From Acidothermus cellulolyticus 11B (GTDB lineage: Bacteria > Actinomycetota > Actinomycetes > Acidothermales > Acidothermaceae): 32,000 nucleotides of DNA. Positions 10,561-19,845 of this stretch are shown here, piece after piece (the stretch's first letter is position 1; each line of letters opens with the position of its first letter). The notes beneath the pieces are model-generated. The model was not told where the DNA came from, searched no databases, and saw nothing but the letters and a program-made list of their open reading frames with translations. The stretch is taken from positions 1,110,001 through 1,142,000 of the forward strand of contig NC_008578.1 of the NCBI RefSeq assembly GCF_000015025.1, in the 5' to 3' direction. Position numbers and translations under genes: made by a program.

Positions 10561-11283
10561 ATGGTGGTAGGGAGCATCGGACGTCACGTCCGCTATGCGT
10601 TCACCACCCGCGACGGAGGGGTCAGTCATCCGCCGTATGCGTCGTTGAATTTGAGTTCACAGGTCGGTGACGACGCGGGAGCCGTGGCGGCCAACCGGGA
10701 GCGGGTGCGGGTGCGGCTCGGCGTACCGGCAATCGTGTGGCAACGGGCGGAGCACGGCGGGCGGGTCTGCGTGGTAGATGCCCTCCGTGACCGTGCCGCC
10801 GAGCCGTCGGCCGATGGATTGATCGTCCTTGCACCTGGCTGTGCGGTGGCTGCGCTGGCGGCTGACTGTGTGCTCTTCGTCCTTGCCGATCGAGCGGGAC
10901 GAGCCGTCGGCGTCGGGCACTGCGGATGGCGGGGACTGCTGGCGGGGATTGTCGGGGCGGTGGTGGACGGGGTCCGGGCGGCTGCCGGCGATGGGGCGCC
11001 GCTGCACGCCGTGCTGGGTCCGGCGATCTGCGGAAGCTGCTACGCCGTGGGGCCCGAGGTGTACGCGGCGGTGACGGGAACGGTACCGGCCGCGGCGGCG
11101 CGGACGCTGAGCGGGCGGCTGGCGTTGGACGTCGCCGCCGGGGTTGCGGCGCAGCTTCGGGATCACGGCGTCGTCATCGACAACCGAATCGGCGGCTGCA
11201 CGTACGAAGATGCCGCGTTCTTCTCCTATCGGCGCGATGGCGTGACCGGCCGTCACGCTGTGCTGGCATGGTTGGAGCCGTGA
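10561..11283 (+). CDS. pgeF: YfiH/PgeF (DUF152) laccase-domain / peptidoglycan editing factor
   Basis: FTTRDGGVS, GHCGWRG and CTYEDAAFFSYRRDGVTGR motifs are present. The position after ftsZ is the conserved one. Confidence 0.85.
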   Translation: MVVGSIGRHVRYAFTTRDGGVSHPPYASLNLSSQVGDDAGAVAANRERVRVRLGVPAIVWQRAEHGGRVCVVDALRDRAAEPSADGLIVLAPGCAVAALAADCVLFVLADRAGRAVGVGHCGWRGLLAGIVGAVVDGVRAAAGDGAPLHAVLGPAICGSCYAVGPEVYAAVTGTVPAAAARTLSGRLALDVAAGVAAQLRDHGVVIDNRIGGCTYEDAAFFSYRRDGVTGRHAVLAWLEP

Positions 11284-12014
11284 CTGTATCGCAGGGCACG
11301 GCGGATCGGCGTCACGAATTGGCGGCGAACCTTGCCGCGCTTCGGCGCCGGGTAATTGCGGCGTGCCGGAACGCCGGCCGTGATCCTGAAGAGATCACGG
11401 TCATTGCGGTGACGAAGACCTTCCCGGCAGCCGACATCCGGCTTCTTCACGAGCTCGGCGTCCACGACGTGGGGGAGAACCGCGATCAGGAGGCGCGGGC
11501 CAAGCGTGCCGAACTCGCCGCCGGCGGCTTCGATCCGGACCTGCTCCGCTGGCACTTCATCGGAGCGCTTCAGGTCAACAAGTGCCGGTCCGTTGCCCGG
11601 TATGCCGCGATGGTCCACTCGGTCGACCGGGCCGAGCAGTTGCCGCGGCTCGCCGCCGGAGCGCGTGAGCGCGGCCGCGTCCTGCCGTGTCTGGTCCAGG
11701 TCAACCTCGACCCGGAGGTGTCACCCGGACGGCGTGGCGTTCCGCCTGCGGATGCCCTCACGCTCGCGGACCTGCTCGCTGATACGCCCGGCCTGGAGTT
11801 GCGCGGCGTGATGGGCATCGCTCCACTCGACGGCGAGCCTGCTGCAGCGTTCGCCACGCTTGCCCAGGTGGCTCGGAAGCTTCAGGCACGGTACCCCGCT
11901 GCGACGGTGCTCTCGGCTGGCATGAGCGGCGATCTAGAGGCTGCCATCGCCGCCGGCGCGACACACGTGCGGATTGGCGCGGCGTTGCTGGGCACCCGTG
12001 TTGTGGGGGTTTGA
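11268..12014 (+). CDS. yggS: YggS/YlmE-family pyridoxal-phosphate homeostasis protein
   Basis: IAVTKTFP (PLP lysine), GENRDQEA, WHFIGALQVNK, GVMGIAP and LSAGMSGDLEAAIAAGATHVRIGAALLG are present. The start is ATG 11268 or GTG 11280 (GTGA overlap with the pgeF stop). The ORF-track start 10926 is an upstream open frame inside pgeF. Confidence 0.88.
   Translation: MVGAVTVSQGTADRRHELAANLAALRRRVIAACRNAGRDPEEITVIAVTKTFPAADIRLLHELGVHDVGENRDQEARAKRAELAAGGFDPDLLRWHFIGALQVNKCRSVARYAAMVHSVDRAEQLPRLAAGARERGRVLPCLVQVNLDPEVSPGRRGVPPADALTLADLLADTPGLELRGVMGIAPLDGEPAAAFATLAQVARKLQARYPAATVLSAGMSGDLEAAIAAGATHVRIGAALLGTRVVGV
11950..11998 (+). repeat. left copy of 49-nt imperfect direct repeat (functional 3' end of yggS)
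   Basis: ccgccggcgcgacacacGtgcggatTggcgcggcgttgctGggCAcCcg aligns without gaps to 19716-19764. By hand count, 43/49 positions are identical, and 38 of the first 40. Confidence 0.85.
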
Positions 12015-12218
12015 CTGTCGGGGAGCCAGGGTCGTTGGTCCCGAATCTCCGTAGCCCTCTGGCTCGGTTTGCCTGGGCCAAGGTCATGGATCTTTCAGAA
12101 CTGCTGCGCTGCGACTCCAAGACTGCCAAGGTGAAAGCGGTACGAGGACCAGCCGGCCAACGCCGGCCGGTCGAGCCGGAGAGCTCCGCCGTCCGGCGCG
12201 GCTGCAGAGGAGGGCACG

Positions 12219-13371
<1,153 letters not shown>

Positions 13372-13388
<17 letters not shown>

Positions 13389-13842
13389 CACTGTCCTCGC
13401 CGAGGTTCCGCTCTTCGCGGATCTGCCGGCCACCGCACGTCAGCTGCTCACCGGATGCGCGGCGAATGTCCGCTTCGCCGAAGGGGCGCAGCTCTTCCGT
13501 ACCGGGGAGCCGGCGGACAGTTTCTACGTGATCCGTCATGGCACGGTCGCTCTCGAAATGTTCCTTCCCAGTCGGGGCGCCATGACGATCGAAACTCTTG
13601 GCGCCGGCGAGGTTCTCGGCTGGTCGTGGATGTTTCGTCCGTACCGATGGCATTTCGACGCGCGCGCTCTCACCACCGTGCTCGCGCTGGGTTTCGATGC
13701 AGCATGCCTGCGCGAGAAATGCGCAGCAGACCCGAGCCTCGGTTACGCGCTCATGGAGCGGTTCGCTCAGGTACTGATTGAGCGGTTGCAGTGGACGCGA
13801 CTGCGGTTGATGGATGTGTACGGCGATGTTGACCTTCGATGA
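13372..13842 (+). CDS. stand-alone cyclic-nucleotide-binding (Crp-like effector) domain protein, no DNA-binding domain
   Basis: The 156-aa protein has a cNMP-binding beta-barrel pattern: VPLFADLP...[29 protein letters not shown]...[11 protein letters not shown]. It has no HTH region. It overlaps hyhB by 17 nt and hyhG by 17-29 nt. Confidence 0.7.
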
Positions 13843-14665
13843 GCCAACGGTGCCGCGGGTGTGGACCCCCCAACCATTCCGCGTTGCCGAGCGGCGTCCG
13901 GAGACGGCTGATACGGTGACGCTCCGTCTCCAGCCTCTGGATGCGTCCGGGATGACCATCGAGCCGGGACAATTCCTCATGGTCTATCTGCTCGGCATCG
14001 GTGAGGTGCCAATCTCGGTGAGTGGTATTGACGACGACGGAACGCTCAGCATCACCGTCCGCGCGGTAGGGGCTGTCTCACGGGCGATCTGTGCGTCAAC
14101 GCCGGGCAGCGTGCTCGGCCTTCGCGGCCCCTGCGGCACGGCCTGGCCCATTGTCGAAGCACGCGGACGGCACGTGCTCGTCGTCGCCGGAGGAATTGGG
14201 CTCGCGCCGCTGCGTCCGCTCATCCGCGCTGTTCTCGACGCTGGAGGCGCACACACCGGGCTGACCGTGCTGTACGGCGCACGGACACCGGCGGATTTGC
14301 TATACCGCGACGAACTCACCCGATGGGCCGAGGCGGCGAGGGTCGCCGTCACGGTGGATCGAGCGGACAGCAGCTGGCGGGGACAGGTCGGTGTCGTCCC
14401 CAAGCTCATCGCTACCGCGGACGTCGATCCGGCTGCAACGCGGGTCTATATGTGTGGGCCCGAAATCATGATGCGATTGAGCGCGGAGGCGCTCATCGCC
14501 CGTGGTCTGAGCAGCGATGCCATCTATGTGTCCATGGAGCGGCACATGGAGTGCGGCGTCGGCTGGTGCGGCCATTGCCAACTGGGTCCCACGTTGGTCT
14601 GCCGGGACGGTCCGGTCTATCCCTACAGCCGGCTGGCTCCCCTGATGGAGGTGCGTGAGCTGTGA
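13814..14665 (+). CDS. hyhG: FAD/NAD(P)-binding, 2Fe-2S gamma subunit (AsrB/PyrK-like) of group-3b-type hydrogenase
   Basis: A ferredoxin-reductase-like fold is suggested by [18 protein letters not shown] and the [11 protein letters not shown] nucleotide-binding motif. A C-terminal [12 protein letters not shown]...C cluster motif is present. An alternative start lies at ATG 13826. Confidence 0.78.
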   Translation: MCTAMLTFDEPTVPRVWTPQPFRVAERRPETADTVTLRLQPLDASGMTIEPGQFLMVYLLGIGEVPISVSGIDDDGTLSITVRAVGAVSRAICASTPGSVLGLRGPCGTAWPIVEARGRHVLVVAGGIGLAPLRPLIRAVLDAGGAHTGLTVLYGARTPADLLYRDELTRWAEAARVAVTVDRADSSWRGQVGVVPKLIATADVDPAATRVYMCGPEIMMRLSAEALIARGLSSDAIYVSMERHMECGVGWCGHCQLGPTLVCRDGPVYPYSRLAPLMEVREL

Positions 14666-15495
14666 CCAGTCTGCCTCAGCACAGTGCTCCGCCGCAGCGC
14701 TCTGCCCGGCCGACCCTCGCGGTCTGGAAGTTTGCATCGTGCGATGGGTGTCAGCTCAGCCTCCTCGACCTCGAGGATGCCCTCCTCACCCTTGCTGAGG
14801 TCGTCGAGATTGCCGAATTTCACGAGGCGACCAGCCGGAACGTGGCCGGGCCGTACGACCTTTCGCTTGTGGAGGGTTCGGTGACGACAGAGCATGACGC
14901 CGAGCGGATTCAGGAGATTCGCCGAGCGTCACGAACCTTGGTGACCATCGGCGCGTGTGCGACGGCAGGCGGCATTCAGGCGCTGCGGAACTTCGCCGAC
15001 GCCGGGGAATTCGCCCGCACGGTGTATCCAACTCCCGGTTACATTGCGAGTCTGGCGACGTCGACGCCGATTTCCGCCCATGTCCAGGTCGATTTCGAGC
15101 TGTCCGGCTGTCCCGTCAATAAAGACGAACTGCTCGAAGTGATCCAAGCATTTCTCGTCGGCCGGCGGCCGGGCATCGCCACCACCAGCGTATGCATGGA
15201 GTGCAAGCGTCGCGGGACCGTCTGTCTTACCGTTGCGCGCGGTATTCCGTGCCTTGGGCCGGTGACTCGCGGCGGATGTGGGGCCATCTGCCCAGCGTAC
15301 GATCGCGGCTGCTACGGGTGTTTCGGTCCAATGGAGTCACCGAACACCGCTGCGCTGGTCCGGAGGCTGCGACGAGACGGAATGGCCGAGCGGGACGTGC
15401 ATCGCGTCTTTCAAACGTTCAACGCCGCTGCCCCGGCGTTTCGTTCAGTCGTCGATCGCTCGACTTTCCGCTCGGAGGATGCCGATGTCCGCTGA
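14662..15495 (+). CDS. hyhS: [NiFe]-hydrogenase small (delta) subunit, NuoB-like
   Basis: Proximal-cluster ligand pattern [12 protein letters not shown] and SGCPV is present. Additional Cys clusters are [11 protein letters not shown] and [24 protein letters not shown]. There is no Tat signal, so it is cytoplasmic. The GTG start overlaps the hyhG stop (GTGA). Confidence 0.82.
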   Translation: MTSLPQHSAPPQRSARPTLAVWKFASCDGCQLSLLDLEDALLTLAEVVEIAEFHEATSRNVAGPYDLSLVEGSVTTEHDAERIQEIRRASRTLVTIGACATAGGIQALRNFADAGEFARTVYPTPGYIASLATSTPISAHVQVDFELSGCPVNKDELLEVIQAFLVGRRPGIATTSVCMECKRRGTVCLTVARGIPCLGPVTRGGCGAICPAYDRGCYGCFGPMESPNTAALVRRLRRDGMAERDVHRVFQTFNAAAPAFRSVVDRSTFRSEDADVR

Positions 15496-16780
15496 ACGTC
15501 GGGTCCTGCGAACTGACTACCTTGCCCGGGTCGAGGGCGAAGGGGCGCTGTTCGTCGAATGTGATGGCGACGTCGTCACCAAGGTGGAGTTGCGCATCTT
15601 CGAGCCGCCGCGTTTCTTTGAGGCTCTCTTGCGCGGCCGGTCGTGCTTCGAGGCTCCCGACATCACCGCGCGTATTTGTGGCATCTGCCCGGTCGCCTAT
15701 CAGACCAGCGCGGTCAACGCCGTGGAGAGTCTCGCCGGTGTGGACGTACCCGAATCCATTCACCATCTGCGCCGATTGTTGTACTGCGGTGAGTGGATCG
15801 AGAGTCACGCCTTGCACGTGTACCTGCTTCATGCACCGGATTTCCTTGGTTACCCTGATGCCATCACGTTGGCCCGCGATTACCCGGACATCGTGCAGCG
15901 GGGCCTACAGCTCAAGGCGGCAGGCAACCACCTCATGCGGGTTCTCGGCGGCCGCGAAATTCATCCGATCAATGTACGAGTCGGCGGCTTCTACCGCGTC
16001 CCTTCGGCGTCCGAACTTCGCGCGCTCCGGCCCGAGCTCGAGCAGGCGCGCGAAATCGCAGTCGAGACCGTCCGGTGGGTCTCGGGATTCTCCTTCCCCG
16101 AGCGGGTATTCGAGGGCGCGCTTGTCGCCCTCCACCAGCCGGACAGTTACGCTATTGAGCGCGGCCGTATTCGGTCGGATACCGGTCTGGATATCGACGC
16201 TTCCCGCTACGACGACTACTTCGAAGAGGAGCAGGTCGGCCATTCCACTGCACTGCATTCACGGTTGCGTGGCGCCGGGCGGTACCTCTGCGGGCCGCTT
16301 GCCCGTTACAGCCTGAATTATCGGCAACTGTCTCCGCTGGCCAAGGAATGTGCCCGCGAAGCCGGGCTCGGCGAGGTGTGCCGGGACGTCTTTCGCAGCA
16401 TCGTGGTGCGCAGCGTCGAACTCGTGTACGCCTGCGATGAAGCACTGCGGCTGATTGACATTTATGAGCGACCCGAAATTCCGGCCGTGCCCGTCGTCGT
16501 TCGGCCAGGTACCGGTCACGGCGTCAGCGAGGCACCGCGCGGTCTGCTCTACCACCGTTACCGTCTTGACGGCGACGGGACGATTCTCGACGCGGAGATC
16601 GTGCCTCCGACAGCGCAGAATCAGGCAGCGATCGAAGGAGACGTGCACGACGTTGTCGTCCGTTACCGCGACCTCGACGATGAGCAGTTGCGCCACCTCT
16701 GCGAGCAAGCGATTCGCAACTACGACCCGTGCATTTCGTGCGCTACTCACTTCCTCCGGCTGGAGGTGAACCGGCGATGA
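15485..16780 (+). CDS. hyhL: [NiFe]-hydrogenase large (alpha) subunit, group-3b-like
   Basis: N-terminal RVEGEG...[10 protein letters not shown] and C-terminal [10 protein letters not shown], followed by a 9-aa tail (FLRLEVNRR), fit a protease-processed large subunit of ~431 aa. ATG 15485 lies 6 nt after GGAGG. The ORF-track start 15278 is an open frame inside hyhS. Confidence 0.88.
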   Translation: MSAERRVLRTDYLARVEGEGALFVECDGDVVTKVELRIFEPPRFFEALLRGRSCFEAPDITARICGICPVAYQTSAVNAVESLAGVDVPESIHHLRRLLYCGEWIESHALHVYLLHAPDFLGYPDAITLARDYPDIVQRGLQLKAAGNHLMRVLGGREIHPINVRVGGFYRVPSASELRALRPELEQAREIAVETVRWVSGFSFPERVFEGALVALHQPDSYAIERGRIRSDTGLDIDASRYDDYFEEEQVGHSTALHSRLRGAGRYLCGPLARYSLNYRQLSPLAKECAREAGLGEVCRDVFRSIVVRSVELVYACDEALRLIDIYERPEIPAVPVVVRPGTGHGVSEAPRGLLYHRYRLDGDGTILDAEIVPPTAQNQAAIEGDVHDVVVRYRDLDDEQLRHLCEQAIRNYDPCISCATHFLRLEVNRR

Positions 16781-17319
16781 GCCGACGGCGCGTCGTGGTG
16801 GCCGGCTGCGGTAACCCATTTCGAGGCGACGACCAGGTGGGCCTTGCCGTGGCGGAGCGGCTCGCGGGCCGCCGGGAGCCGGGTCTGCGGGTGGTCTCTG
16901 CGGCTGGGGACGTGACCGGCGTTCTGGACGCCTTCCTCTCCGCGGTCGTCGACGAGGCCATCCTGGTGGACGCCGTGCATGCACCGTTGCCGGCGGGCAC
17001 AGTGATCCGCTCCGATGCCGACGCGGCGACTGACTTTGGACGGCACGCCGGGTCGTCGACGCATGCGTTCGGCGTCCCGGAGCTCCTCGACATTGCTGGC
17101 GTTCTCGGCTGTCTGCCCCGACGTGTTGTCATCTACGGCGTCGTCGGTTCTGCCTTCGCGCTCGGGCAGCCGATGAGCCCGGCGGTGGCTGCCCAGGTCG
17201 ACCACGTGGCGGCCTTGGTTTCCCGCGAAGCGACGTGGGCACTGCGGTCCGACAGTGCCGCAGCTGCGGCTGGGGGCGCCGGGTGGGAAGGGGTGGTCGG
17301 ATGCACGAGCGGGCACTGA
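16777..17319 (+). CDS. hydrogenase maturation endopeptidase (HybD/HycI/HoxW family)
   Basis: The N-terminus VVVAGCGNPFRGDDQVG matches the family GxGNxxxxDDGxG pattern. The later VDA and STHAF fit the Asp/His metal ligands. ATGA overlap with the hyhL stop. Confidence 0.8.
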   Translation: MSRRRVVVAGCGNPFRGDDQVGLAVAERLAGRREPGLRVVSAAGDVTGVLDAFLSAVVDEAILVDAVHAPLPAGTVIRSDADAATDFGRHAGSSTHAFGVPELLDIAGVLGCLPRRVVIYGVVGSAFALGQPMSPAVAAQVDHVAALVSREATWALRSDSAAAAAGGAGWEGVVGCTSGH

Positions 17320-17585
17320 TTGCCGATCTTCTGCGGGTCGTCGAGGAGCACGCCCGACGGGTCGGCGCGACCCGCGTTCACCGGATACGGGTGCGGGTCG
17401 GCCCGTTTGCGCACGTGACACCCGAAAGCGTGCGCGAGCAGTTCCGGTTCGCCGCAGCCGGGTCGATCGCCGCTCAGGCCGACGTCGACGTTGTCACCGG
17501 GTCGACCGACTCGAGGGGGGACGGCGTCCTGCTGGAGAGCATCGAGGTCGATGGTGGCTCGTCGGGGGAGGGCGCATGTGCCTAG
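17301..17585 (+). CDS. hypA: HypA-like nickel metallochaperone lacking the zinc-finger domain
   Basis: It starts with MHE (the HypA Ni-binding N-terminus). MHERALIADLLRVVEEHARRVGATRVHRIRVRVGPFAHVTPESVREQF parallels the HypA N-domain. It is only 94 aa and has no CxxC...CxxC. Confidence 0.6.
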   Translation: MHERALIADLLRVVEEHARRVGATRVHRIRVRVGPFAHVTPESVREQFRFAAAGSIAAQADVDVVTGSTDSRGDGVLLESIEVDGGSSGEGACA

Positions 17586-17863
17586 GCGCCATCGCCCTTC
17601 TACGGGCGATCGAGGAGCAGGACGGCGTACGCGTCGGCATCCTCGACGACGGACGGGCCGTTGGCTTGAGCTTTGTGCCTAACGCCCAGGTAGGTGATCA
17701 TCTGCTCATTCACCTGGGCGTCCCGGTTGAGGTGCTGGATGCGGAGACGGCGCGTGCTGCGCTGCAACTCCGAGCGGAGGGGCGGCGGCTGGCTGACCGG
17801 ACGACGATCGTCGCTCGGCAGGGCGGTTCGAGCCTGCGACAGGAGGAGGGTGAAGAGTCATGA
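17576..17863 (+). CDS. hypC: HypC/HupF-family hydrogenase assembly chaperone
   Basis: The N-terminus is MCLG (essential Cys2). VGDHLLIHLGVPVEVLDAETA resembles the HypC GxWVLVHVGFA motif. It is 95 aa and overlaps the hypA-like gene by 10 nt. Confidence 0.75.
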   Translation: MCLGAIALLRAIEEQDGVRVGILDDGRAVGLSFVPNAQVGDHLLIHLGVPVEVLDAETARAALQLRAEGRRLADRTTIVARQGGSSLRQEEGEES

Positions 17864-18813
17864 CGCAACGGATCACCGGTGTCGTCCTGGCGTTTGTTAC
17901 TGCTGTGATCAGTGGAGTGGCCGTGTATCTCAACAGCGACGCGGTCAAGCACTTCCACGACCAGACCGTGTACACCACGGCGAAGAACGGTGTGGCCGGC
18001 GTGCTGCTGATCGGAATCTGGGCGGCCGCCGGCTGGAGGACGGGGCGAGCCAGCCCGCGGACGGGCGGTGTCGGCCAAAGCCATCCGGTCGGGCCACGAC
18101 GGATTCTGGCGTTCCTTGCGCTGGCGATCGTGGGCGGCAGCGTGCCGTTCGCCTTGTTTTTCCAGGGATTGGCGGCAGCCCAGGCGACCCAGGCGGCCTT
18201 CCTGCACAAAACCTTGATTGTCTGGGTCGCGTTGCTGGCTGTACCGCTCTTGCGGGAACGGGTCGGGTGGCCGCACCTCGTCGCGATCCTGCTCCTCCTC
18301 GTCGGCCAGGCGCTCCTCGCCGGCCGGGCGGGGACAGTTGCGTTCGGTCGCGGGGAAGCGATGATCTTAGCGGCGACTCTCCTCTGGTCCGTGGAGGTCG
18401 TGTACGTCAAGCGTCTGCTCCGCCGGTTCTCCTCGCACCTCCTCGCCGTCGTGCGCATGGCGGGTGGGACAGCCTTGCTTGTTGCCTGGCTGGCGTTAAC
18501 CGGTAAGTTCCACCAGCTCATCGCTCTTGACGCGGCACAGTGGCAGTGGGTGATTGTCACCGGCGTTCTGCTCACCGGCTATGTGGCGACGTGGTATGCG
18601 GCGCTTGCCCGCGCACAGGCCGTTGACGTGACCGCGGTGCTGGTGTTTGGCGCAGTGATCACTGCTCTTCTGTCGGCCATGTTCGGGTCGGGGTCTCTCA
18701 AGGTGCCCGCACTCGTCGCCATCACTGTGGGTTGCGGCTTGATCGCATGGGCGGCACTCCGCTATTCGCCAAACGCACGAAAGCCCGTCGTCACGGCGTC
18801 TCCGTCCCGATGA
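17860..18813 (+). CDS. DMT-superfamily (EamA-like) ~10-TM transporter
   Basis: 317 aa with two similar ~5-TM halves of hydrophobic segments, typical of EamA-domain duplication. ATGA overlap with the hypC stop, and ATGA overlap with the next gene. Confidence 0.65.
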   Translation: MTQRITGVVLAFVTAVISGVAVYLNSDAVKHFHDQTVYTTAKNGVAGVLLIGIWAAAGWRTGRASPRTGGVGQSHPVGPRRILAFLALAIVGGSVPFALFFQGLAAAQATQAAFLHKTLIVWVALLAVPLLRERVGWPHLVAILLLLVGQALLAGRAGTVAFGRGEAMILAATLLWSVEVVYVKRLLRRFSSHLLAVVRMAGGTALLVAWLALTGKFHQLIALDAAQWQWVIVTGVLLTGYVATWYAALARAQAVDVTAVLVFGAVITALLSAMFGSGSLKVPALVAITVGCGLIAWAALRYSPNARKPVVTASPSR

Positions 18814-19688
18814 GTGGTGATCTGTCCGTGGAAGCGTCCAGCAACCCAGGGAGGCTCGTCCGCGGCCCAGGTGATGCTGCCGGCGGACGTCACCCGGCTC
18901 GGCCGGCCGTCACCGGGCGGCGGACGCCTTTCAGCGGGCCAGGGCCGTTGCTCTTTGCCCGGTACGCGTACCCGCCGAACGCGCTCGGGCTCTGCGGTGC
19001 GGATCAGCCGCGGACGTTGCTCGAGTACGGACAGGAGCGGGCGTGCGATCCCGGATTGGCCGAGCTGGCCCGCACCTTCGAGGGCGCATGGCCGTACTTG
19101 ACTCTGATCGCTGAGTGCAACGGCCTTGCAGATCCGCTCGACAGCAGGGTGGTCAGCGCCTACTGGGTGGGCAACGAGTTGCTCTGGCGGGTGCCGCCCG
19201 TTAGTCTCGCCTCTCACGTCGCCGACCGCTTCCACGGCACGATCGGCCGGGCCGAGAAGTGGGTCTTTGACGTCATCGCGGCTGGGGCGGTACCCCACCA
19301 CTGCTTCCACGTCTTCGCTGTCTACCCCTGGATCGGGTTGCTGCGCACTGGCACCGTCGACGAGCCGCTCCGCATCCTTGATCGGTGCCGGACCGCTCCT
19401 GCGGTTGTCGTCGAGCGGAATGGGGCGCTGGTTACGGTGCGTACGCGACCGCTGCGCTGGCACGATGGACGGCTCAGTCTCGCCGAGTCGACCCTGCGGA
19501 CTGTCCGCTGGCAGGAGGCGGGTCTGGCGTTCATCGATCCTCCACAGGCAGGCGACATTATGGTGCTGCACTGGGATTTCGTATGCGATCGTGTCACTCC
19601 TCGTCAGGCCTGGACTCTTCTCCGCATTACCGAGCGGTTGCTCCGGGCGGTCAACGGTGCGGGTGTCGCCGCTGCCGCCCTCGGCTGA
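18810..19688 (+). CDS. conserved-hypothetical-type protein with HypC-like C-terminal module (possibly DUF6390-like)
   Basis: 292 aa from ATG 18810. Codon third positions are GC-rich. The N-domain carries YAYPPNALGLCGAD and HHCFHVFAVYPW. The C-terminal ~80 aa (CRTAPAVVVERNGALVTV...AGDIMVLHWDFVCDRVTPRQA) parallels HypC (MCxGxPxxV...GxWVLVHVGFA). The family assignment is from memory only. Confidence 0.55.
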   Translation: MSGDLSVEASSNPGRLVRGPGDAAGGRHPARPAVTGRRTPFSGPGPLLFARYAYPPNALGLCGADQPRTLLEYGQERACDPGLAELARTFEGAWPYLTLIAECNGLADPLDSRVVSAYWVGNELLWRVPPVSLASHVADRFHGTIGRAEKWVFDVIAAGAVPHHCFHVFAVYPWIGLLRTGTVDEPLRILDRCRTAPAVVVERNGALVTVRTRPLRWHDGRLSLAESTLRTVRWQEAGLAFIDPPQAGDIMVLHWDFVCDRVTPRQAWTLLRITERLLRAVNGAGVAAAALG

Positions 19689-19690
19689 TC

Positions 19691-19780
19691 GCTGACGTCG
19701 TCAGACCCATCCCGTCCGCCGGCGCGACACACATGCGGATAGGCGCGGCGTTGCTCGGTTCACGGCCCCGCCCTGAGTAG
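19691..19780 (+). pseudogene. orphan 3'-terminal remnant of yggS (displaced original gene end)
   Basis: The frame reads ...ADVVRPIPSAGATHMRIGAALLGSRPRPE*, against the yggS end ...GDLEAAIAAGATHVRIGAALLGTRVVGV*. There is no start codon or upstream yggS body. It begins right after the last island gene. Confidence 0.75.
19716..19764 (+). repeat. right copy of 49-nt imperfect direct repeat (inside the yggS remnant)
   Basis: ccgccggcgcgacacacAtgcggatAggcgcggcgttgctCggTTcAcg lies 7,766 bp downstream of the left copy, with 43/49 positions identical. Confidence 0.85.
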
Positions 19781-19793
19781 GCTCCTCTCGTGA

Positions 19794-19809
19794 CCTGGCG
19801 TTAGCCAGG
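19794..19809 (+). terminator. short perfect hairpin after the yggS remnant (candidate original yggS terminator or sepF leader element)
   Basis: CCTGGC-gtta-GCCAGG forms a 6-bp stem, 14 nt after the remnant stop and 36 nt before the sepF ATG. There is no U-tract. Confidence 0.3.
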
Positions 19810-19845
19810 CAGTGACGCGTTCGCCGAGCGGTTCGGAGGAAGCCG

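Noticed and set aside
19385-19780. 131-aa ORF taken as a whole gene.
   Set aside because: Most of it overlaps the 18810-19688 gene in another frame. Only its last ~25-30 codons are meaningful, as the yggS tail remnant.
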